Shown here piece by piece: positions 36,800 to 48,800 of a DNA stretch of 54,200 nucleotides. Made by a program: the position numbers and the translations under genes. The notes beneath the pieces are model-generated. The model searched no databases. It was not told the DNA's origin and worked only from the letters and a program-made list of their open reading frames with translations. Position 1 is the stretch's first letter. Every line of letters begins with the position of its first letter. The stretch is from the NCBI GenBank assembly GCA_002269645.1, contig NIVC01001721.1, forward strand, positions 1-54,200. The letters run 5' to 3'. The DNA is from Macrostomum lignano. Its lineage: Eukaryota.

Positions 36800-38470
36800 T
36801 CATTCGTGACCCAGCGGCCCCCTGGTGCAGGTGGTGCGCACGGAATTGCAGAAGCCGCACACCTGCTGCTTGAAGTAGGTGTTCATGCAGCCGTAGATAA
36901 TGGGGTTGACGCCATGGTTGATGAAGTAGAAATAGAACAGAGTCTGGGTGAGAACTCTGCTCAACCATTCCGGCGACATCGACGAGCTTCCTTCGTTGCC
37001 TCGAGAATCGGGGCCCGCGTCGCCCAGCTGGTCGAGCTTCACAATCTGGCCGAACCCGCCCGCTGGTCCGTCAGCCAAGCTGCCATTTGGCGCGCTGAAG
37101 TTCGACCCCGGTGAGACGTCCGCCGACGGAAACGGAGCACCGTCCAGCACGATGTGTCCCGGTCCTCGGCCGCCAGCGCCGCTGGCCTCGTGCAGGTTGA
37201 ACACCAGAAAGAATGGCAAGTAGGACAGCAGGTAGAAGAAGGTGATGATGCTCAGCACTTTAGCAGTTTTTATGTGCGGCTTCTTTCTTGACCGCTCGGA
37301 CAAGTGACGGTGCGCCACGGCCAGGCGGCCGCTGACCACAGAGTCCTCTCGGATGTGCGGCTGAGGGCCATGCCTCGGCCGGTGCTTTTGATGCTCTGGC
37401 CTGCGGGACAGCATGACCTCTACGTGCTGCTGCCGCTCATCGTCCTCCAGCTGACCAGCCACCGGCTTCTCCTCAGCTCCATCGTCGTCTTCGATATCGT
37501 TCACGTCGTCGCTCAAGTTCAGCACCGCGTCGATGTTTGTCTCTTGAATGCCGGTGCCGCCTACTCGACGAGTGCCGCAAGTTGAGGTGACCTCCGTCCC
37601 TCCATCGTCCAGACGCGACACCATTGAGACGGAGTTCGCGGCAGCCGCAGTTGCGGTCAGTTCGGCAGAGCCGCTCGTGCCGCCTGCGTCGCGCTGGTTC
37701 GAGCGCGCCCGACGGACGAGGTTGCGCGACTTGGCCCAGCGAATCTGGCGGCGGCGCACGAACAGAAAGATGCTGGTGTAGAAGAAGACAATCAGCAGAA
37801 GCAGCAGAAGGAAAAGCACCGTCAGACCCGTCTTGTACGCCTTCAGGGTTGCCATGGAGACAATGCTGTAGTCGGAGATGCAGTGCTGCACGTTCAGCGG
37901 CATGCCGCTGTAGGATTGCACCTTCCTGACGTTGATGCGCACCTGGTGGCGGGTGCCGGTGGTCAGGCCGAGCGGCGAGCCGATGCAAAGGCCGGCGCCC
38001 ACAGCCAGGCAGATGAGCAGCGCGGACTTCCTGCGGCCAGTCTGGATGCCCGGCACGAAGCAGATGATCACGAATCGGTCCACCGCGATCAGACAGAGCA
38101 GGAAGGCGGATGTGACGATCAGGGAGCAGCGCAGGACGTGGAACGCCTTGCAGGAGAAGTCGGAGCTGGCCCCGCGCCACACGTCCTGGTAGACGGTGGA
38201 CGGAACAACCACGGCGCAGACGATGAGGTCCAGGACGGCCAGGGCGATGACGTAGACATTCTGGGGCAGGTCGCGGAGGCTGCGGTGGAAGAACACGATG
38301 ACCATTAGGTTGCCGGCGATGCCAAGGAGAGCGAGAGCGCCCAGGCAGAGGCTGAGGCCCACCGCCAGCGGGCGGGGCAGGTCGCCGCTCCGCTGCGAGG
38401 CCAGCAGGACGTTCTGCAGCCAAGCTTCGTCGGGCTGATGCGGCTGGTGCGCCAGCTCCGGATGTTCCAT
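36800..38470 (-). CDS. Class A (rhodopsin-like) GPCR, peptide-receptor-like orphan, 556 aa, uninterrupted ORF
   Basis: Seven hydrophobic segments with GN (TM1), LAVLDL (TM2), C..DRF (TM3), ECL2 Cys, YLLSYLP (TM6), NHGVNPIIY (TM7). The true start may be ATG 38492 in another frame. Confidence 0.93.
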   Translation of the reverse strand: MEHPELAHQPHQPDEAWLQNVLLASQRSGDLPRPLAVGLSLCLGALALLGIAGNLMVIVFFHRSLRDLPQNVYVIALAVLDLIVCAVVVPSTVYQDVWRGASSDFSCKAFHVLRCSLIVTSAFLLCLIAVDRFVIICFVPGIQTGRRKSALLICLAVGAGLCIGSPLGLTTGTRHQVRINVRKVQSYSGMPLNVQHCISDYSIVSMATLKAYKTGLTVLFLLLLLLIVFFYTSIFLFVRRRQIRWAKSRNLVRRARSNQRDAGGTSGSAELTATAAAANSVSMVSRLDDGGTEVTSTCGTRRVGGTGIQETNIDAVLNLSDDVNDIEDDDGAEEKPVAGQLEDDERQQHVEVMLSRRPEHQKHRPRHGPQPHIREDSVVSGRLAVAHRHLSERSRKKPHIKTAKVLSIITFFYLLSYLPFFLVFNLHEASGAGGRGPGHIVLDGAPFPSADVSPGSNFSAPNGSLADGPAGGFGQIVKLDQLGDAGPDSRGNEGSSSMSPEWLSRVLTQTLFYFYFINHGVNPIIYGCMNTYFKQQVCGFCNSVRTTCTRGPLGHE

Positions 38471-38531
38471 TGGCTGATGGCTCGGTCTGCATAGTTTGGT
38501 TAGACAGTTTTATCAAGCTGTTCAAATCGTT

Positions 38532-39334
38532 CTGTAGTAAAGGTTCTATGCTCGATCCCGGAGGCTAGAACTAGAACTTTTTAGGATTCAAGAAGACCTT
38601 CTAGAATCACTGAGGACCCGTGAGGACCCGTGAGGACCTGAAAGACACGTGAGGACCCGTGAGGACCCTGAGAACCCCTGAGGACCCGTGAGGACCCGTG
38701 AGGACCTGTAAAGACACGTGAGGACCCGTGAGGACCCTGAGAACCCCTGAGGACCCGTGACGAGCCGTGAGGACCTGTGAGGACCCGTGAGGACCCTGAG
38801 AACCCCTGAGGACCCGTGAGGACCCGTGACGACCCGTGAGGAACTGTGAGGACCCGTGAGGACCCGTGAGGACCCGTGAGGACCCGTGAGGACCCGTGAG
38901 GACCCGTCAGGACCCATGAGGACCCGTGAGGACCCGTGAGGACCCGTGAGGACCCGTGAGGACCCGTGAGAACCCGTCAGGACCCGTGAGGACCTGTGAG
39001 CAACCGTGAGGACCCGTGAGGACCCGTGAGGACCCGTGAGGACCCGTGAGGGCCCGTGAGGATCTGTGAGGACCCGTGAGGGCCCGTGAGGATCTGTGAG
39101 GACCCGTGAGGATCCGTGAGGACTCCTGAGGACCCGTGAGGACCCGAGAGGACCCGTGAGGACACGTGACTAGGACAAGGAAGAAATAAGTTCACTCATC
39201 CGTTTGCACAAGCTCTAATTGCCCTGCCTACAGTAATTCGGTCAGTCCATGCGCCAGGTGCAAGTAGGTCAGCTTTGATCAAGATTTGATCAAAGGAGCA
39301 GCAAAAATCAGACAGCATCGATAGCTTCACTTAC
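38532..39334 (-). other. Probable 5' UTR intron of the GPCR gene
   Basis: Minus-strand consensus donor CGG|GTAAGT at 39334 and acceptor TTTACTACAG at 38532; contains the 10-bp array. Confidence 0.45.
38611..39169. repeat. 10-bp minisatellite (GAGGACCCGT)n
   Basis: Directly visible. Confidence 0.95.
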
Positions 39335-39890
39335 CCGCTGATTTGGTGAACGCTGAAAACAAGAGCTTGCTTGCTTTTTCCTTCCTTCTGCTAGAGGCAG
39401 CAGTAGCGAGGATTTTACTGCACGTCAGCCTGCCTGGAAGGATGCAACACACAGCAGAAAGCTTTTGCTCTGCTGTCTTGGGGAACTCGGCTGAGACCCG
39501 ACAGCTGTGGAGTTCAGATCGGGAACGGCAGCGGAGGCACTTCAGAGCTCCCGCTGGAGTTTTGCCTCTCAGAATTAAGAAGTATTGCGTCTCCGCAGCA
39601 GCGTCTTGTCCTCTCTGCCCCTGTTAAAACTGACTGCTGCCGATTTGCCTGGAAGGGGCCTGATTGGCCAGGTTGCACTTGCACTTGCTGACGGCTGGGA
39701 GGCTGGGATCCGGATGAGGGGCTCAGGCTCCGCCATCGGCCGGCCGGCTCAGGATGCCCAGCTCGCAAATAAGATGCAGCAGTGAGCGTCAATTAGAGAG
39801 TGGGGCGAGAAACACGTATAGCCAATATTAGTTTATTTGATTTTGAATACGTCTGGCACGAATCGATAGGGTGATTGAGTTTGGGAAACC

Positions 39891-40734
<844 letters not shown>

Positions 40735-41289
40735 CAAGAAAGGCAGCAGCCTAGCAGTGAAATTCAATATTGACACCAGCCACTCGGGTTGCAAAGCAGA
40801 CACGAACAGGTTATTGACTTTTGCGTTAAATAATGGAAAGCTCTTTATCCTCACTTCTTTTGTTCGATCGTTTGTTGCCTTGTGAATTGAATCGCCCGTG
40901 CAGCCACACCCTCTGTATTTCCGCAGCCGCCGTCATTGGCTTCGCAGGGCTGTGGCCTCGCCTCACAAATCTCACAGCAATTACTTTTATCACCCTGCTG
41001 AATTGGTCCAGAAGGCCTCCGTGGCTGTCGAACAGACAGATTTTCTCTGGCTGGCATTTTTAATTAACTGAATACTCAGCGCACAGCCCCCACGAAGGGG
41101 TCCCTCGATCGGCTCGGCCCGGCCACGCCCCTCCTGAGTGCCTGGCCCAGGACCTTTGTCTGTCTCCGGATTGGCAGTCATCAAAGACGTCTAAAAGGCT
41201 GCTGACAGGACGGAAATTATGGCTTTTGATGCAGACACTGATAACGGGATTTAGTGTAGAGGTGGTTCAATCTTTGGGCGTCACAAGGT

Positions 41290-42336
41290 GTGAGCCACTT
41301 TGGTTGTCAGGTGTGACTGTTTGATTATCAGGTGTGACTATTTGGTTGTCAGGTGTGAGCCAATTTGGCTGTCAGGTGTGACTATTTGATTATCAGGTGT
41401 GACTCTTTGGTTGTCAGGTGTGACCATTTGATTATCAGGTGTGACTAATTGGTTGTCAGGTGTGACTATTTGATTATCAGGTGTGACCATTTGATTATCA
41501 GGTGTGACTATTTGGTTATCAGGTGTGACTATTTGATTATCAGGTGTGACTATTTAATTATCAGGTGTGACTAAATGGTTGTCAGGTGTGACCATTTGAT
41601 TATCAGGTGTGACTATTTGGTTGTCAGGTGTGACTATTTGATTATCAGGTGTGACTATTTGATTATCAGGTGTGACAAATTGGTTGTCAGGTGTGACTAT
41701 TTGGTTGTCAGGTGTGACAAATTGGTTGTCAGGTGTGACTATTTGGTTGTCAGGTGTGAGCCACTTTGGCTGTCAGGTGTGACTATTTGGTTGTCAGGTG
41801 TGAGCCACTTTGGCTGTCAGGTGTGACCATTTGATTATCAGGTGTGACTAATTGGTTGTCAGGTGTGACTATTTGGTTGTCAGGTGTGACTATTTGATTA
41901 TCAGGTGTGACAAATTGGTTGTCAGGTGTGACAAATTGGTTGTCAGGTGTGACTATTTGGTTGTCAGGTGTGACTATTTGGTTGTCAGGTGTGACTATTT
42001 GGTTGTCAGGCGTGACTATTTGGTTGTCAGGTGTGACTATTTGGTTGTCAGGTGTGACTATTTGGTTGTCAGGTGTGACTATTTGGTTGTCAGGTGTGAC
42101 TATTTGGTTGTCAGGTGTGACTATTTGGTTGTCAGGTGTGACAAATTGGTTGTCAGGTGTGACTATTTGGTTGTCAGGTGTGAGCCACTTTGGCTGTCAG
42201 GTGTGACTATTTGGTTGTCAGGTGTGACTATTTGGTTGTCAGGCGTGACTATTTGGTTGTCAGGTGTGACTAATTGGTTGTCAGGTGTGACTAATTGGTT
42301 GTCAGGTGTGACTATTTGGTTGTCAGGTGTGACTAT
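41290..42336. repeat. 21-bp minisatellite (TCAGGTGTGACTATTTGGTTG)
   Basis: Directly visible. Confidence 0.95.
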
Positions 42337-42784
42337 CTAGTTTTTCTCTTTTGAAGGTTTGAGCCAACTAACTTTATTTGTAAAGCTGTGTAAATGGTTC
42401 ATCAAAAAAATAATTAATTTTATAAAATCAAATATTTGAGCTAGAAAATGCCCAGCTCAAATTAAGTCTGTTCTCATTCTTTAGTTTAATCCGTTTTGCA
42501 ATTTGACAGAGTCGATTTTCTGTTAGGACCACTAAAAGCCGCTGGTCAAAGTTCCAAGGGCAGCCCCGTAGCTGTCGCCACAATGTGGCAGAAGTCTCGC
42601 CCTCCGTCTGGTCTCCGTCACCCTGAGCAGCTCTCGGAGCATCCGCAGCCGGGAGGGGGGGGCGAATTGATTACCCGGGGGGGGGATGTCAGTCCCAGCC
42701 GGATGTGGGGATGGGAGTTGCTTGGGCGGATTATTTCGGCCTGTGCAGGACAGGCAGGCAAACAGCCAGGGCAAAAGTCTGTTC

Positions 42785-42787
<3 letters not shown>

Positions 42788-42875
<88 letters not shown>
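42788..42875. repeat. (GA)n microsatellite
   Basis: Directly visible. Confidence 0.98.
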
Positions 42876-42877
<2 letters not shown>

Positions 42878-43139
42878 GAGCTCTCCGTGCCGCTCTGGTG
42901 GCTGAAAGAAAATCTGCGACTTCCTTTGGCGCAACCTCGGCTGCGCTGTTTTGTGCTTTTTTTCCCCTCTGCCGCAAAACTGGAGCTCCGACTCGCATGA
43001 CTAATTGGGCAGTAAGAGCTGGCCGCGTTTTTTGCATTGGGAAGAAGAATCTGATGAGAACAAAGTTGCTTTTTAATAAAACTCCTCCCCATCAGAGGTT
43101 TGCGAGGGCGCTGGCAATGCGCACAGTTTGGTTTCCAAG

Positions 43140-44582
43140 CCAACTGACATCCCTGACAACTCCTGACAACTGACACCCTGACAACTGACGCCCTGACATC
43201 CTGACAACTGACACCTTGACAACTGACACCCTGACACCCTGACAACTGACACCCTGACAATTGGCACCCTGACAACTGACACCCTGACACCCTGACAACT
43301 GACACCCTGACAACTGACACCCTGACAACTGACAGCCTGACACCCTGACAACTGAGACCCTGACAACTAACACCCTGACAACTGACACCCTGACACCCTG
43401 ACAACTGACGCCCTGACATCCTGACAACTGACACCTTGACAACTGACACCCTGACACCCTGACAACTGACACCCTGACAACTGGCACCCTGACAACTGAC
43501 ACCCTGACACCCTGACAACTGACACCCTGACAACTGACACCATGACAACTGACACCCTGACACCCTGACAACTGACACCCTGACAACTGGCACCCTGACA
43601 ACTGACACCCTGACACCCTGACAAATGACACCCTGAAAACTGGCACCCTGACAACTGACACCCTGACAACTGGCACCCTGACAACTGACACCCTGACACC
43701 CTGACAACTGACACCCTGACAACTGACACCCTGACAACTGACGCCCTGACAACTGACATCCTGACAACTGGCACCCTGACAACTGACATCCTGACAACTG
43801 ACACCCTGACACCCTGACAACTGACGCCCTGACATCCTGACAACTGACACCTTGACAACTGACACCCTGACACCCTGACAACTGACACCCTGACAACTGG
43901 CACCATGACAACTGACACCCTGACACCCTGACAACTGACACCCTGACAACTGACACCATGACAACTGACACCCTGACACCCTGACAACTGACACCCTGAC
44001 AACTGGCACCCTGACAACTGACATCCTGACAACTGGCACCCTGACAACTGACATCACTGGCACCCTGACAACTGACATCCTGACAACTGACACCCTGACA
44101 ACTGACACCCTGACAACTGACACCCTGACAACTGACACCCTGACAACTGACGCCCTGACAACTGACATCCTGACAACTGACACCCTGACAACTGACACCC
44201 TGACAACTGACACCCTGACAACTGACACCCTGACAACTGGCACCCTGACACCCTGACAACTGACACCCTGACAACTGACACCCTGATAACTGACATCCTG
44301 ACAACTGGCACCCTGACAACTGACACCCTGACAACTGACACCCTGACAACTGACACCCTGACAACTGACACCCTGACAACTGACACCCTGACAACTGACA
44401 CCCTGACATCCTGACAACTGACACCCTAACAACTGACACCCTGACATCCTGACAACTGACACCCTGACATCCTGACAACTGGCACCCTGACAACTGACAC
44501 CCTGACAACTGACACCCTGACAACTAACACCCTGACAACTGACACCCTGACAACTGACACGCTGACAACTGACACCCTAACT
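43140..44582. repeat. 15-bp minisatellite (CTGACAACTGACACC) with 8-bp sub-units
   Basis: Directly visible. Confidence 0.95.
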
Positions 44583-44624
44583 CACTTAAATTAAACACTT
44601 TACTGCTAACCTTTAATTACAATG

Positions 44625-45475
44625 AAACGCAAACCCCAAAACACAAAGCCCAAAACACAAACACTGAAACACAAACCCTGAAACACAAACCCCAAAACAC
44701 AAACCCCAAAACACAAACCCCAAAACACAAGCCCCAAAACACAAACTTCAAAACACAAACCCCAAAACGCAAAGCCCAAAACACAAACCCCAAAACACAA
44801 ACCCCAAAACACAAAGCCCAAAACACAAACCCCAAAACACAAACCCCAAAACACAAACCCCAAAACACAAAGCCCAAAACACAAACTTCAAAACACAAAC
44901 CCCAAAACACAAAGCCCAAAACACAAACCCCAAAACACAAACCCTGAAACACAAACCCCAAAACACAAACCCCAAAACACAAACCCCAAAACACAAGCCC
45001 CAAAACACAAACTTCAAAACACAAACCCCAAAACACAAAGCCCAAAACACAAAGCCCAAAACACAAACCCCAAAACACAAAGCCCAAAACACAAACCCCA
45101 AAACACAAACCCCAAAACACAAGCCCCAAAACACAAACCCAAAACACAAACCCCAAAACACAAACCCCAAAACACAAGCCCCAAAACACAAACTTCAAAA
45201 CACAAACCCCAAAACACAAAGCCCAAAACACAAAGCCCAAAACACAAACCCCAAAACACAAACCCCAAAACACAAACCCCAAAACACAAACCCCAAAACA
45301 CAAACCCCAAAACACAAAGCCCAAAACACAAACCCTGAAACACAAACCCTGAAACACAAAGCCCAAAACACAAACCCCAAAACACAAACCCTGAAACACA
45401 AACCCCAAAACACAAACCCTGAAACACAAACCCCAAAACACAAACCCCTAAACACAAACCCTTAAACTCACACCT
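44625..45475. repeat. 15-bp minisatellite (AACCCCAAAACACAA)
   Basis: Directly visible. Confidence 0.95.
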
Positions 45476-45877
45476 TAAAACGCCCCTATCAACAAGTTTC
45501 AGTCAAGTTGCCAGTTTAGTACAGTATAAGTAGTTTAACGAGTAGTGCAAATAGCGTTTTTCGCTATCTGTGAAGAGAGTCCTTCATATGACATCGGTTT
45601 TATTGGGTCCACAGAACTCTGGCAAGCATGATGGGGGTTGCAAAATTCGATGAACATCGGGGGGGGGGCTCAATTTCTGTACTCAATCAGCTGCTCAGGC
45701 AGCTTCATCAGCCAGTCTGCAGTAATTATCAGGGCAGAGTGAGGAAGCTGAATGGAGGCCTCATCGATAATTGAATTCTGCCGGATTGGTCCAATCGGGA
45801 CGAATTTGCAGATCTTGAAGCAACTTTTAAAGAAGCAAAAGAAGCAAACCAGCTCGAAACCACAGCGCCATATAACA

Positions 45878-48800
45878 ATGAAGCACTTAGCGTCCGATGG
45901 ACAGAGAATCTTTCAGGAGCTTCTAGTCGTAGCGACGGCAGTGCTGATCGGTGAGTAACATCTAAGGTCACGGGATGAACTATAAATGTTAAACTGAGTC
46001 TTTTTTTAATCTAAAATTATATTCTAATCAAATTTTGAAATTGGCGCGCTTGTACATGTGCTCATGAGGGGGTTGTAGCCTAGTGGATGGAGCGTCGGAC
46101 TCACGACTTGAAGGTCGGGGGTTCGATTCCCGATCCCACTGGAACAACTTGTGTCCTTGAGCAAGACACTTAACTCTGCGATGCTTCAGTTCATCCAGCT
46201 GTAAAATGGATGCCAGCATTAGCTGGGATAATTGAGGCTGTGTGGCGACCCCCCCCAGGCTTTTGAACTGTGGGTTGCCGCAGATAGCAGAGTGAATACT
46301 GGCTAAAATAAAGTTGTAGAAGCATCTTGCCTCTAGTTGTTGAAATTAAAAAACCGATTTTTCTACGCAATGTGCAGCTGCCGCTCATGAAGTTGAGAAC
46401 GGCCCCCGCTGGTGCTCGGAGCTTCGGTTCGACCTGGCGATGGACCCCTGCCTGAGCAGTCTCGGGCCGGGGCCGCGCAGTCAGCTCATCCGGTATTCTC
46501 AGGAGTCCAAGACTGCCGGCCTGGCAACAGTGATGCAGCTGAGCTTGCATTCAGCGGAGCTGCAGCCGCAACTCTGCAGGTTGGTGGGGCTGCTGTGTCA
46601 GGTGTGAGCTGAGCTGCTGCTGTGTCAGGTGTGAGCTGAGCTGCTGTGTCAGGTGTGAGCTGAGCTGCTGCGTCAGGTGTGAGCTGAGCTGCTGTGTCAG
46701 GTGTGAGGTGAGCTGCTGTGTCAGGTGTGAGCTGAGCTGCTGTGTCAGGTGTGAGCTGAGCTGCTGTGTCAGGTGTGAGCTGAGCTGCTGTGTCAGGTGT
46801 GAGCTGAGCTGCTGTGTCAGGTGTTGAGCAAACCTCTAAACAGCCGCCCCAAAATACGAACCCTGAAACACAAACCCGGATACACAAACCCTGAAACACA
46901 AGCCCTGAAGCACAAACAAACGGAAAGCTTCTCCCACCCAAATGCTCATAACGCAGCAGTCTGAAGGCCTACATCCCTTGTCAAGACTCGGTGCTGCAAC
47001 GTGAAGGCAGCCGCTGGTCCCGGTGCACCTGGTGGCAGCAGAAGAGCAGCGAGTACTTCTTCAGATTAGAAGCGTATGACAGACACGTCTGCCAGCCGGG
47101 TGAGGCGGCTCAATGAGATGAGGGAAATTAGAAATTCGAACAGTACTCTTAGTAACTCATACAAGTAGAAGAGGCTTGCGCGGTTAGTTGCTATGCATAG
47201 TTGTGAGTTTGAAATTATTAAAAAGTCGCAGCTCTTGTTCACCTGGCATTCAGATTACGCCGGCTCAGCACACTGCATAGCAGCTCAGCTGAGCGGCTAC
47301 TTGGCCCAGCGGTGCGGCCAGGTGTACTCTCTGCGCAACCGGCTGCGTCGGGCCGGACAGTGCGTCCTTAGCAACGAGTACCTGGGCTGCCTGGCCGCCC
47401 TAGTGAGAACTGGCTGCTCGAACGGGGCTCGAGCTGAGGACCGTTTCCGACCTGTCGCTGTCGGGATGCTGGGGCTGGCCAAATGCCGTGAGGCTTACAG
47501 CTTTGAGAGACCGCGGTATGGTGAGTAGCCAACTAGAGCAGGACCAGCGGCCCAGAAGAGGACCAGAGGGTATTGCAGTGGCCAAGAAGACGACCAGAGT
47601 GTATTGCAGCGGCCAAGAAGAGGACCAGAGGGTATTGCAGCTGCCAAGAAGACGACCAGAGGGTATTGCAGCTGCCAAGAAGAGGACCAGAGGGTATTGC
47701 AGTGGCCATAGAAGAGGACCAGAGGGTATTGCAGCGGCCAAGAAAAGGACCAGAGGGTATTGCAGTGGCCAAGAAGAGGACCAGAGGGTATTGCAGTGGC
47801 CAAGAAGAGGACCAGAGGGTATTGCAGCGGCAAAGAAGAGGATCAGAGGGTATTGCAGCGGCCAAGAAGAGGACCAGAGGGTATTGCAGCTGCCAAGAAG
47901 AGGACCAGAGGGTATTGCAGTGGCCATAGAAGAGGACCAGATGGTATTGCAGTGGCCAAGAAGAGGACCAGAGGGTATTGCAGCGGCAAAGAAGAGGATC
48001 AGAGGGTATTGCAGCAGCCAAGAAGAGGACCAGAGGGTATTGCAGCGGCTCAGAAGAGGATAAGGGGTAGCAGCGGCTCCCTGGAGAACTACTCCACAAG
48101 AATTTACGTCTGTCCTTCTCGAAATCATTTTTAAAAATAGTTTCTTTTCGACTAAGCACAAAAGGCCAGGTGTCCTGGGTAAAAATGATGAGCTAGTTCT
48201 CAAATTTCTCCCAAATATTGCACACCCCATATCGCGTACGTAATCCCCTCTTTTCCCTCGCTGCTCAGCCTTCAACTACTCGGTTGCCTGCCAGCCCGGC
48301 TTTCAGGGGCGGCTCAGGCAAATTCGCATGGAATTTGAGAGCGCTATCCGGGACTCGGGAATTCAGGCGGAGCATCCCGTGCTCACAGCCGCCGCCGAGA
48401 CCAAACTGACTGGCAAAGACGGGATCTGTGGGTGAGCGACTGGACGAGTGGGAAATCTCTGATAAGGAATCCCTGGGATTCCCTGCCTCGAATGTGGGAA
48501 ATCCACGGAGAGAATCCTTGGAATTCCCAGTCTGGAATGTGGGAAATCCACGGGAGAGAATCCTTGGGATTCCCTACTGGGATGTGGGAAATCCACGGGA
48601 GAGAATCCTTGGGATTCCCTACCTGGGATGTGGGAAATCCACGGGAGAGAATCCCTGGGCTTCCCTGCCTGGAGTGTGGGAAATCGACGGGAGAGAATCC
48701 TTGGGATTCCCTACCTGGAATGTGAGAAATCCACTGGAGAGAATCCTTGGGTTTCCCAGTCTGGAATGTGGGAAATCCACTGGAGAGAATTGTTGGGATT

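Noticed and set aside
37473-38525. 350-aa alternative-frame ORF over the GPCR
   Set aside because: GC-rich shadow frame with no motifs; only its first approximately 30 codons may be relevant (see findings).
46068-46140. Functional tRNA-Val(CAC) gene
   Set aside because: Anticodon and acceptor stems pair poorly and it runs directly into a CORE domain, so it is a SINE head.
48165-48197. CCAGG-TGT-CCTGG hairpin then CTAG|T as the 3' end of a Helitron starting at 35678 (which would imply GPCR capture)
   Set aside because: Only a 5-bp stem, a longer spacer than in the true ends, no sequence similarity to them, and it lies mid-gene in intron 4; likely chance.
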